In this document: piece after piece, positions 48,707 through 59,455 of the stretch | Layout: each line of letters opens with the position of its first letter | Numbering within the stretch: the stretch's first letter is position 1 | Source of the DNA: an uncultured delta proteobacterium | GTDB taxonomy: Bacteria; Myxococcota; Myxococcia; SLRQ01 | Length of the DNA: 64,000 nt | Assembly (NCBI GenBank): GCA_963727485.1 | Contig: CAVSGM010000002.1 | Location: forward strand, 544,001-608,000 | Direction: 5' to 3' | Made by a program: the position numbers and the translations under genes | Notes under the pieces: model-generated | Database searches by the model: none | The model's input: only the letters and a program-made list of their open reading frames with translations | What the model was told of the DNA's origin: nothing

Positions 48707-51700
48707 ATGGCCGACGCCCCGACCGCCGCCGAGCTCCACGCCCACTCGGCCTTCTCCTTCCTCGAAGGCGCCTCGCTCCCCGAGGACCTCGCCGCCCGGG
48801 CCGCCGAGCTCGGCCTGACCCACCTCGCCCTCACCGACCGCGACGGGCTCTACGGCGCGGTGCGCTTCCACGCCGCCTGCCGGCGCCACGGCATCACCCC
48901 GGTGCTCGGCGCCGAGGTCACCCTCGGGCCCGGGTCGCCGGTCCCCGAGGGGGCCCGGGTGGTGCTCCTGGCCCGCACCGACGCCGGCTACCGCACCCTC
49001 ACCCGCCTCCTCACCGAGAGCCAGCTCCACACCCCCAAGGGCGAGGCGTCGTTGGACCCGGCGCTCCTCGAGGACCCGGACCAAGGCCTGTTCTGCCTCA
49101 CCGGGGGCTACGGCACCGGGGCGCTCTCGAGCGCCCTCGCCCACCCCGGCGACCCGGCGGCCGTCCCCGCCGCCCGGGCCACCCTCGCCTGGCTGAAGGA
49201 CCGCTTCGACAATCGGCTCTTCGTGGAGGTGGTCCGCCACCGGCTCCCCGAGGACCCCCTGCGCGAGGGGGTGCTCCGCGCCGCCGCCGGGCCCCTGGCC
49301 CTGCCGCTCCTCGCCGGCGGCGACGTCCACTACGCCCGCCCCGAGGGCCGGAGGCTCCAGGACGTCCTCACCTGCGTCCGCCACCACACCACCCTGGACC
49401 AGGCGGGCCGCCGGCTCTTCCCCAACGGCGAGCGGTACCTCCGGGGCCCCGCGGACCTGGCCCGGCGCTTCGCCGACCTCCCCGAGGCCCTGGCCCGGGC
49501 GAACGAGCTCGCCGCCGCCTGCGACGCCTCCCTGGAGCGCCTGCGCTACCGCTTCCCCGACTTCACGCCCCCGGCCGAGCTCGAGGCCCCCCGGCGCCCG
49601 GATGGCGCCCTGGACCTCGACGCCCTCCTCGCCCGCCTCGTCGACGACGGCGCCGCAAGGCGCTACGGCCCGCCCACGGAGCGCCGTCCGCCGGCAGCTC
49701 GACCACGAGCTCGGGGTCATCGGCCGCATGGGCCTCGCCGGGTACTTCCTGGTGGTCTGGGACATCGTCCGCTTCTGCCGCGCCGAGGGCATCCTCTGCC
49801 AGGGGCGGGGCTCGGCGGCGAACAGCGCCGTCTGCTACTGCCTCGGGATCACCGCCGTGGACCCCGTCGGCATGGCGCTGCTCTTCGAGCGCTTCCTCTC
49901 CGAGGCGCGCCGGGAGACGCCGGACATCGACATCGACATCGAGCACGCCCGGCGCGAGGAGGTCCTCCAGTACGTCTACGGCCGCTACGGGCGCCACCGG
50001 GCGGGGATGGTCAACGAGGTGATCACCTGGCGCGGGCGCTCGGCGGTGCGCGACGTGGGCAAGGCGCTGGGCTTCTCGCTGGCGCAGGTGGACCTGCTCG
50101 CCAAGAGCCTCGACCGGCGCACCGAAGACCTCGCCGACCACCTGCGCAGCCACGGCTACGACGGCGACCAGGGCCGGGTGCGCCTGCTCCAGGCGCTGGT
50201 GGCCGAGGCCTCGGGGCTCCCGCGCCACGTGAGCATCCACGTGGGGGGCATGGTCATCACCGAGGGCGCCCTCGACGAGGTGGTCCCGGTGGAGGCCGCG
50301 GCCATGGCGGACCGGAGCGTCCTCCAGTGGGACAAGGACGACTGCACCGAGCTGGGCATCATCAAGATCGACCTGCTGGGCCTGGGGATGCTCACGCTCC
50401 TGCGCCTGGGCCTGGAGCTGCTGCGCGACGACCTCGGCGTCGACCTCGACCTCGACCGCATCCCCAAGGAGGACCCGGCGGTCTACGACCTCCTCTGCGC
50501 CGCGGACACGGTGGGCGTGTTCCAGGTGGAGTCCCGGGCGCAGATGAACACCCTGCCCCGGATGCAGCCCCGGTGCTTCTACGACCTGGCCATCGAGGTC
50601 GCCCTCATCCGGCCGGGGCCCATCCAGGGCGACATGGTGCACCCCTACCTGCGCCGGCGCCGGGGCGAGGAGCAGGTCACCTATCTCCACCCGTCGCTGG
50701 AGCCCATCCTGAAGCGGACCCTGGGCGTGCCGCTCTTCCAGGAGCAGGGCATGAAGGTCGCCGTCGCCGCCGCCGGGTTCACCGCCGCCCAGGCCGACGC
50801 CCTGCGCCGGGCCATGGGCTTCCGCCGGGCCACCGGCGAGATGAGCGCCATCCAGCAGGCGCTGGTGCGGGGCATGACCGAGCGCGGGATTCCCCGGGAG
50901 GTCCAGGCGCGCATCGTCGCCCAGATCACCGCGTTTTCGAGCTACGGGTTCCCCGAGAGCCACGCGGCGAGCTTCGCGCTTCTGGTCTACGCCTCGGCGT
51001 GGCTCAAGGTGCACCACCCGTCCGCCTTCTACTGCGCCCTGATGAACGCCCAGCCCATGGGCTTCTACGCCCCGGCCACGGTGGTCAACGACGCCCTGCG
51101 CCACGGGGTCCCGGTGCGGCCGGTGGACGTGCGGTGGTCGGGCTACGAGTCGGTCCTGGAGCCCCTGGGCGCCGACGTGGCCGCGGACCTGGGGCGCGCC
51201 GTCGGCGGGCACCCGCTGGTGGCGGCGCCGTCCCACGCGGTGCGCCTGGGGCTCCGGACGGTCCAGGGGATCGGCGAGGCCCACGGGGCCTGGCTCGAGG
51301 CCGAGCGCGCGCGCGGGCCCTTCGTGTCTCTGGCCGACTTCGCCCGCCGGGCCCGGGTGAGCTCGAGGCTGCTCACGCGCCTGGCCACCGCCGGGGCCTT
51401 CCGGGGCCTCGGGCTCGAGCGGCGCCAGGCCATGTGGCAGGCGGCGGCGCTGGTCCGCGACCAGGGGGCGCTCTTCGCCCGGGCGCTCCCCGACGCCGAC
51501 GACGGGGTGCGCCTGCCGGCCATGGACACAGGCGAGCGCCTCGCCGCCGACCACGCGGCCACGGGCCTGACCACCGAGCGCCACCCCATGACCCTGCTCC
51601 GGGCCGAGGCGCGCCGCCGCCGGGCGCTCACCGCCGCCGAGCTCCAGGTGCAGCCCGCGGGGCGGCGGGTGCGGGTGGCGGGCCAGGTCATCGTCCGCCA

Positions 51701-51941
51701 GCGCCCGGGGACGGCCAAGGGCATGGTCTTCCTCACCCTCGAGGACGAGACGGGGATGGCGTCGGTGGCGGTGACCCCGCCCGTCTACGAGCGGTTCCGG
51801 GGGCCGGTGCGCGACGGGGTCTTCCTCCTGGTCGAGGGCACGGTGGAGCGCGAGGAGGGGGTGGTCGGGGTCACCGCCGAGAAGATCGGGCCGCTGGGCG
51901 ATCCGGCGGTCCCCGCGGCCCGTAGCCGGGATTTCCACTAG
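48707..51941 (+). CDS. dnaE2: Error-prone DNA polymerase DnaE2/ImuC (+1 frameshift near 49682)
   Basis: PHP domain ELHAHSAFSFLEGAS, GRGSAANS, PDIDID, YGFPESHA, RQRPGTAKG and C-terminal SRDFH signature. Confidence 0.95.
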
Positions 51942-52042
51942 GGCCGGCGGCAGGCCCGGGCGCGAAGGGCGCGGAACTGCTGCGTTGATGCGCCGCGGCG
52001 GGCCAAAACACCCGAGGCCCGCTTGTCTCCCAAAGAGAGGTC

Positions 52043-53035
52043 GTGCCATCTTCTGAAACCGTGGCGAAGACCTCACGCGCCAGGTCGAGCAAGCTCGCCT
52101 ATGCCATCCGCCCCTACCTCGCCGACGACGCGGGGCCGGTGGTCTCCCTCGCCGAGGAGACGCGCGCCCTGGATCCCGGGGCGCCCCACCTCGACGCGGC
52201 CCGGTGGCGCTTCGTCTGCGCGGACCCCTACGCCGACCCCGAGGCCCACTTCCGGGTCGCCGAGTCCGACCGCGGGGACCTCCTCGGCGTGGCCTACCGC
52301 TTCGACCCGCCCCGCCCCGACGGCGGCAGCTACCGGGCGGCCTTCGTGGTGGTCCACCCGAAGTGGCGGCGAAAGGGCGTGGGCCGGGCCCTCTACGACG
52401 CCATCTGCACCGACGCCGCCGCCGCCGCCGGGGATCCGGGCTGGTACCTCACCAGCACCATCGACGAGGCGAGCAGCTCCGCCTGGCCCTTCGCCAAGTC
52501 GCTGGGGTTCAAGAAGGCCCAGAGCCTCCTGGTGATGGAGCGCGACCTCCCGGGCCGGCCGCTCCACGAGCCCGACTCGGACGCCCGCATCGAGCGCTTC
52601 CTCGGCGCCACCGCCTGGCAGGACTGGGCGGACATCCACAACTCGGCGTTCCAGGACGTGCCGTTTGCGGTCCGCCACGACGCCGACGCCCTGGAGAACA
52701 ACCGCCCCGACGACTTCCGCCCCGAGCACGTGCGCTTCGCCAAGCTCGGCGGCAAGCGCGTGGGCTACCTCTTCCTCCGGGAGACCACCACCGGGGGGTA
52801 CGTCGAGAGCATCGGCGTGCTCCCGGACATGCGGGGCCAGGGGGTGGGCACGGCGCTGCTGGTGGCGGCGCTCGAGTACCTGGTCGACCGGGGCCACCGC
52901 ACGGTGTCGCTCACGGTGGACGAGGGGAACAGCGCGGCGCTGAAGATGTACGCGCGGCTCGGGTTCGACGAGCAGTGCCGCCGGGCGCACCTGATGCGCA
53001 ACGGGAAGCCGCCCAGGCGGCGCCGGCGCAGCTGA
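52043..53035 (+). CDS. Tandem GNAT acetyltransferase
   Basis: Two acetyl-CoA motifs (VHPKWRRKGVG and VLPDMRGQGVG) plus N..ALKMYARLGF; start uncertain. Confidence 0.85.
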   Translation: MPSSETVAKTSRARSSKLAYAIRPYLADDAGPVVSLAEETRALDPGAPHLDAARWRFVCADPYADPEAHFRVAESDRGDLLGVAYRFDPPRPDGGSYRAAFVVVHPKWRRKGVGRALYDAICTDAAAAAGDPGWYLTSTIDEASSSAWPFAKSLGFKKAQSLLVMERDLPGRPLHEPDSDARIERFLGATAWQDWADIHNSAFQDVPFAVRHDADALENNRPDDFRPEHVRFAKLGGKRVGYLFLRETTTGGYVESIGVLPDMRGQGVGTALLVAALEYLVDRGHRTVSLTVDEGNSAALKMYARLGFDEQCRRAHLMRNGKPPRRRRRS

Positions 53036-53143
53036 CGGCGCCGGCAGGTCCGATCGCGGGACGGCGGAAGCCCCGGAGATCCGGCGGGATCTCCCCCGCC
53101 GGACCATGTTTTCCGCGCGCCCGGGCGCGCCGCGGGGATTCGC

Positions 53144-53172
53144 TTGACACTCCCTGGGGTCGCCGCTAGGTT
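53144..53172 (+). promoter_or_regulatory. Sigma70-type promoter of the tRNA
   Basis: TTGACA-17 nt-TAGGTT. Confidence 0.75.
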
Positions 53173-53191
53173 ACGCGCCCATCGCGAATGA

Positions 53192-53265
<74 letters not shown>

Positions 53266-53267
53266 CT

Positions 53268-53304
53268 CGAAGGCCCCGTCGGAGACATGCCGACGGGGCC
53301 TTCG
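53268..53304. terminator. Strong hairpin after the tRNA
   Basis: CGAAGGCCCCGTCGG / CCGACGGGGCCTTCG 15-bp stem with 7-nt loop; no clear U-tract. Confidence 0.65.
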
Positions 53305-53412
53305 GCCTATCTGGGGGTGGGCGGGCGGCGGCTGCCAGGAAGGAAGCCCCAGCGGCCCGCCCTCTTCCATCGGTGGTAGGCCCGAACCTCGAACGCCGGG
53401 TCGCTCACCGGC

Positions 53413-54898
53413 TCACGACTCCTCGGACGCTGCCAGTCTCTCGTCCGCGGCCTCCGAGTCAGCCTCGCTGACGTCCCCCTCACGACCGCCTGCCTGACCC
53501 CAGCGGGACCGCATGCGCTCGAACCGGTCCTTAGCCTGGACCACCACCGAGTCCTCAGGCGGCTCCTCCCGCTCAAGGTCCTCGCGCCGGAGGGCAACCG
53601 ACCGGCGGTACTGCTCGGCCTCGGCCACCCGCGTGAACTCGATCTCCGCGCCGTGATCGACCACCGCCTGCTCAATCTCCGTGAGGGAGACCTCGAAGAA
53701 CTCCTTGCGCTCGTTGATGAGGTTCAGCCGCCGCCCGGTGAAGCGCCGGTGGAGCGCCGCCTCGAGACCCGGCGCATCGTCGGAGTGGATCATCGCGTGG
53801 ACGTCGAACGGGAACGGCACGGAGGCGTCGCCCAGCTCCCGGACCCGGTCGAGTGGCTCGAGGCGCCGGGTCATCCCGATCTTGTAGACGCCCTCGCCGA
53901 ACGAACCGATGTTCGAGATCACGTAGACGTGCCCGGTCTTCGTGAGCTGGGCCTGGGAGATGGCGCGCTGCTTGTTGGCCTGGGCTTCCGCCAGCCTGGC
54001 CTGTAGCTCCGCGAGCTTCGCCTCGAGCTTTGCCTGCTTGGCGCCCTGGGCCGTCTCCAGCTCGCTGCGCGCCTGGGCCAGGGCCTTCTCGTAGCGCGCT
54101 TCCTCCTGCTCGGCCTTGGCCATGGCCTTCTCGTACTCCCGGCGGGCACGCTCCTCCTCACGCATCTCCTCGCGGATGCGGAGCTGCTCCTCCTTCTCGG
54201 CCTGCTTCTTCTCGGCGTACTCGTAGGCGAGCTTGAGCTCCCTGGAGCTTCAGCTTCAGGTAGGCATCGGTGATCTCGCACTGGTTGGTCTCACCGAGCT
54301 TGTTGATGGCCGTGAACGCCCGACGGATCCGCTCCTCCATGGCCCCCACGTTGTTGTACTTGACCCTGGCCACGGCAACGTCGCACTCACCGTTGAACGC
54401 TCGGAGCTGGAGCTTGAGCTGGCGCTTGATGAGCTTCTGCCCCTCGCGCTTGCTTCCCTGTACGGTCCACTCCACCCGGCCGATGGCGGCCTTGTCACCC
54501 TTCACCATCGCCTTCTGCTGGTCGCGGACCTTCTTGATCCTGGCCTTGTACTCATCGGACGTCCCGAACTCGAACTGCGGCTCATAGAGCCCGTAGGACT
54601 GGATCTCCACGGAGTCGCGCGCGAGATCGAGCTGGTGGTTGAGCGCCTTGAGCGCCTCGATGGTCTCGGTGAACTCCGTCTCCCACTTCTTCCTCTGATC
54701 CGCCTGGTCCGCGCGCAGCGTCTCGAGGCTCGCCGCCACCTCATCACGGTCGGACCGGAGCCGGCCGAGCTCGGCATCCATGTCGAGCACCGGCGCAAAT
54801 CGCTTGCGCACCTCGCGCAGCCTCAGCCACGTCCGCACCAGGAGCACCGCGAGCGCGAGAATGAGCAGAACCCCGCCGACCTCGAGACCGATCTGCAT
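53413..54898 (-). CDS. TM-DUF4041-GIY-YIG (T5orf172/MUG113) nuclease, SNIPE/PD-lambda-1-like (+1 frameshift near 54242)
   Basis: N-terminal TM, coiled coil, RAFNGECD, GHVYVISNIGSFGEGVYKIGMTRR, ELGDASVPFPFDVH and RKEFF. Confidence 0.88.
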
Positions 54899-55073
54899 GC
54901 CTGATCCTCCCGTTCCCCCGAGCGGACAGCGTACCGCCCACCCGTGTCACCTCGGGACAATCATGACCAAGGGACCCATGGATCCAGGTAGGCCACCCTG
55001 GAACCCTGCTCGGGATCAGCTATCCGAACGGGCGGCCTGGGCACCCTGGCCCAGCACCTGCTACGAAGCCCCC

Positions 55074-55589
55074 ATGCTCCCACTCACCGACCCCCGCTGG
55101 CAGCAGCTCCAGGGCGGGTACCGCACGCCCATCGACGTCACGGTCCTTCAGCGCCTCGAGGCCGGCGACGAGGACGCCTGGGACGACCTGTGGGACGAGC
55201 TGCACCACCAGGGCGACGTGGGCGAGGCCTCCTACGCGGCGGTGCCCCACCTGGTGCGCATCGCCGCCGCCCTCCCCGCCCGCGACTGGAACTTCTACGG
55301 CCTGGTGTCCACCATCGAGATCGAGCGCCACCGGGTCACCAACCCGCCGCTCCCCGACTGGCTCCGGGACGACTACGACGCGGCGATCGACGAGCTGCTG
55401 CGCCTGGCCCTCGCGGACCTCGCCCACGAGGCGGATGCCCTCACCATCCAGAGCATCCTCGGAGCGGTGGCCCTCGCCCGCGGGGTCCTGGAGCTGGGCG
55501 CCTGGATCGCCACGACCGACGAGTCCGAGGTGGCGTACGCCCTCGAGAACCACCTGGGGTGGATGCGGTCCTATCGGCACGACCGCTAG
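55074..55589 (+). CDS. Hypothetical helical protein
   Basis: MLPLTDPRWQQL...LWDELHHQGDVGEASYAAVPHL; coding-like codon bias. Confidence 0.7.
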   Translation: MLPLTDPRWQQLQGGYRTPIDVTVLQRLEAGDEDAWDDLWDELHHQGDVGEASYAAVPHLVRIAAALPARDWNFYGLVSTIEIERHRVTNPPLPDWLRDDYDAAIDELLRLALADLAHEADALTIQSILGAVALARGVLELGAWIATTDESEVAYALENHLGWMRSYRHDR

Positions 55590-55658
55590 CCAGGGGCCCG
55601 CTGTCGGAGGCCCCGGGCGGAACCGTGCGAGACGGGGCCTGCGGTAACATCCCCGATC

Positions 55659-58600
55659 GTGCCCCGCGCCCCTGCAGACCTGGTCCCCGGCCTCCACGAG
55701 CGCGTCGTCACCGAGCGCCTCGCCGAGGCCCTCGAGGCCCTGCGCGACCTCGCCGCCGAGACGGGTCGCATCGACACCGCCGAGGCGCACCGGGTCCTCG
55801 GCCGGCACCTCGCCGGGGTGCTCACCGGGGCGCTGAAGGCCGTCCCCGAGCGCCACCGGCCCGAGGGCCAGCTGCGCCTGGTGAACCGCGTCCTCGAGAT
55901 CGTCCGCGAGGAGGTCCCCGGCTACCTCGACGATCCCGCAGAGGTGCGAAACGAGCTGCTCCTGGCGCTCACCCGACCCGACGCGGTCACCGGCGCCGCC
56001 GCCCCACCCCGCCCGGGGATCCCGCTGTCCCAGAGCGCGCTGTTGGTCAACGCCCCCGGCGAGCACCGCATCGGGGTGGAGCTCGCCCGGGAGCTCGACT
56101 CCGCCGACGCCGTGGACCTGCTGGTGGCCTTCGTGAAGTGGTCCGGGTTCGTGCGCCTGCGCGAGGCCCTGACGCGCCTCGCCGCCCGGGGCCGGCGCCT
56201 GCGCATCATCACCACCGCCTACACCGGCGCCACCGACCGCCGCGCCGTCGACGCCCTGGCGGCCCTGGGCGCCGAGGTGAAGGTCTCCTACGACACGCGG
56301 CGCACCCGCCTCCACGCCAAGGCCTGGCTCTTCCACCGGGACAGCGGCTTCTCCACCGGCTACGTGGGCTCCTCGAACCTCTCCCACGCGGCGCTCACCG
56401 ACGGCCTGGAGTGGAACGTGCGCCTGACGCAGGTGGACACCTCGGCGGTGCTCGCCAAGTTCGAGGCGGCCTTCGAGAGCTACTGGGACGACCCGGAGTT
56501 CGAGCGCCTACGACCCGAACCGAGACGCGAAGCGGCTCGACCGGGCGCTCAAGGACGAGCGGCCCGCGGACCTGGGCCCGGCCATCACCTTCGACCTCTC
56601 GCCCTACCCGTTCCAGCAGGAGATCCTCGAGCGCCTGGACAGCGAGCGCGAAGGCCACGGCCGGCACAAGAACCTGGTGGTCGCCGCCACCGGCACCGGC
56701 AAGACCCTGGTCGCCGCCTTCGACTACCGGCGCCTCGCCGAAGGCGGCAAGCCCCCGAGCCTGCTCTTCGTCGCCCACCGCAAGGAGATCCTCAAGCAGA
56801 GCCGGGATGCGTTCCGGGCCGTGCTCCGGGACCGCACCTTCGGCGAGCTGAGGGTCGACGGCGCGCGCCCGGAGGCCGGCCGCCACGTCTTCGCCTCGGT
56901 GCAGTCGCTCGCGAACGTCGACCTCGGGCTGCTTCCGCCCGACCGCTACGAAGTCGTCATCGTCGACGAGTTCCACCACGCCGCCGCCGACACCTACCGG
57001 CGGCTCCTGGATCACCTGAAGCCCCGGGAGCTCCTCGGCCTCACCGCCACCCCCGAGCGCGCCGACGGCGAGAGCGTCCTCGGCTGGTTCGACGGGCGCA
57101 TCGCCGCCGAGCTGCGCCTCTGGGACGCCATCGACCGGGGGCTCCTGGCCCCGTTCCAGTACTTCGGCGTCCCCGACGGCACCGACCTCTCGGGCCTCAC
57201 CTGGCGCCGGGGCTACGTGCCCGAGCGAGCTCGACGACGTCTACACCGGCGACCACGCCCGGGCCCGGCGGATCCGCGACGCGGTGGAGGACCACGTCCT
57301 CGACGCCCGGCGGATGCGCGCCCTGGGCTTCTGCGCCGGGATCGCCCACGCCGAGTTCATGGCCCGCGAGCTCACCCGCCTGGGCCTCCCGGCGCTGGCG
57401 CTCACCGGCGCCACCCCGCGGGACCAGCGCGACGCCGCCGTGGGCCGCCTGCGCCGCCGGGAGGTGAACGCCCTGTTCACCGTGGACCTGTTCAACGAGG
57501 GCGTCGACATCCCCGAGGTCGACACCCTGCTCTTCCTCCGCCCCACCGAGAGCGCCACCGTCTTCCTCCAGCAGCTCGGCCGGGGCCTGCGCCTCCACCC
57601 CGACAAGCCGAGCGTCACCGTCCTCGACCTGGTGGGCCGGGCCCACCGGCGCTACCGCTTCGACGTGCGCTACCGGGCCCTCACCGGCGCCAGCCGCGCG
57701 CGCCTCGTCCGCGACGTGGAGGACGGGTTCCCCACCCTCCCCGCCGGCTGCTCGGTGCAGCTCGAGCGCGAGGCCCAGGCCCACGTCCTGGCGAACCTCA
57801 AGGAGAACCTCTCGACGAGCACCGCGCGCCTGGTCGAGGAGCTGCGCGCCGCCGGCCCGCCGGGCACCGTGGACCTGGCGACGTTCCTCCGGGAGACCGG
57901 CGTCGAGCTCGAGGACGTGTACCGCAGCGGGCGCACCTGGTCGGCCCTGAAGCGCGCCGCCGGCGTGGAGACGCCCGCCCCCGGCCCCGACGAGAAGGTC
58001 CTCGCGCGGGGCCTCGGGCGCCTGCTCCACCTCGACGACCCCCTGCGTCTGGCGCTCTACCGCCAGGGCCTCGCGGCCCCGAAGCCCCCCCGGGACCTGG
58101 GCGACGCCCGCACCGGGCGCCTGTGGCTGATGCTGGTGAGCGTGCTGCTCGACCGGCAGCGCGCCGGCAGCGTCGCCGACGACCTGGCGCGCCTCTGGGA
58201 CCACCCGGCCCTGCGCGCCGAGCTCCTGGAGGTCCTGGCGATCCTCGACGACCGCACCACCCACGTGCCCCGCGTGAGCGGCCTCGACCCGGCGGTGCCG
58301 CTGATGGTCCACGCCCACTACGCCCTCGGCGAGATCATGGCCGGCTTCGGGCTCGTCGGGGACAGCGGCCAGGTGATCCGCCCCCAGTCGGGCATCTACC
58401 GGGACCGCGCGGGCACCCACTCGGACCTCATCTTCGTCACCCTGAACAAGTCCGAGCGCGACTACTCACCCACCACCATGTACGAGGACTACGCCATCTC
58501 CCCGACGCGCTTCCACTGGCAGTCGGAGAACACGGCGACGCCCGCGCGCGGCACCGGCAGGCGCTACGTCGAGCACCGGGCCCTGGGCGTCACCCCGCTC

Positions 58601-58774
58601 CTCTTCGTCCGCGAGGCCCGCAAGGACGCCCGCGGCGCCACCGCCCCCTACCTCTTCCTCGGCCCCGCCGACCTCGAGTCCCACCACGGCGAGCGGCCCA
58701 TGAACATCGTGTGGAAGCTGAAGGTGCCCATGCCGGCCGACGCCTTCCAGGTGGCCACGGTCGCCGCGGGGTGA
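55659..58774 (+). CDS. PLD nuclease-SF2 helicase-DUF3427 protein, SauUSI-like type IV restriction enzyme (two +1 frameshifts, near 56505 and 57226)
   Basis: LHAKAW...GSSNLS (PLD), ATGTGKT, DEFHH, TATPER, FNEGVDIP, QQLGRGLR, then YEDYAIS..FHWQS...LLFVR (DUF3427). Confidence 0.88.
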
Positions 58775-58848
58775 CCGCACCCCGCGCCGCCGGGTCCGGG
58801 ATCTCCCCGTATCGGATCCGCCCCTCCCCCGAATGGCATAGTCGACCC

Positions 58849-59400
58849 GTGGCGGGGGCACGACACACCAAGGGCGTGAACATCGTCGACCTGGTGCGCA
58901 CCCTCCACCACCTCCGCAAGGAGGGCCACCTCCCGACCCTGCCCCCCGAGGAGGCCCGCTACCTGGACGAGCGGATCCTGGTCTCGGCGTGGTACCCCTT
59001 CGATGACTTCCTCGCCCTGCTCCGGCGCATCCACGGGGCCCAAGGCGGCTCGGACCTCGCCGCCGAGGAGATGGGCAGGTACGCCGCCCAGGCGGCCCTC
59101 ACCGGGGTCCACAAGATCTTCCTGCGCGACGGCGACCCCACGGCCACGGTGCGGAGCCTGGGGGCCATCTGGAAGGGGCAGTTCGATTTCGGGGCGTCCC
59201 GGATCGAGGTCCGCGACGGTCAGACCATCAACGTCCTCGAGGGCTACCCGGACATGAGCCGGCTCCACTCCCTGGTGACCCTCGGCTGGATTCGCGAGGC
59301 GGTGCGCCTCGCGGGCGGCGACCCCACCGGGGTGCGGATCCTGGCGGCGCCCCACAGCGGTGGTGAGCGGCTGGAGATCGCCCTCGGGGTCCACGGGTAG
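58849..59400 (+). CDS. Hypothetical myxobacterial-type protein
   Basis: TKG...ILVSAWYP...MGR.AA..AL.GV pattern; 183 aa; start uncertain. Confidence 0.6.
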   Translation: MAGARHTKGVNIVDLVRTLHHLRKEGHLPTLPPEEARYLDERILVSAWYPFDDFLALLRRIHGAQGGSDLAAEEMGRYAAQAALTGVHKIFLRDGDPTATVRSLGAIWKGQFDFGASRIEVRDGQTINVLEGYPDMSRLHSLVTLGWIREAVRLAGGDPTGVRILAAPHSGGERLEIALGVHG

Positions 59401-59455
59401 CCCCGGCGGCGAAAACCGGTGCGCAGGTGGACCCCGGCGGGATAGGGTCCGCGGG

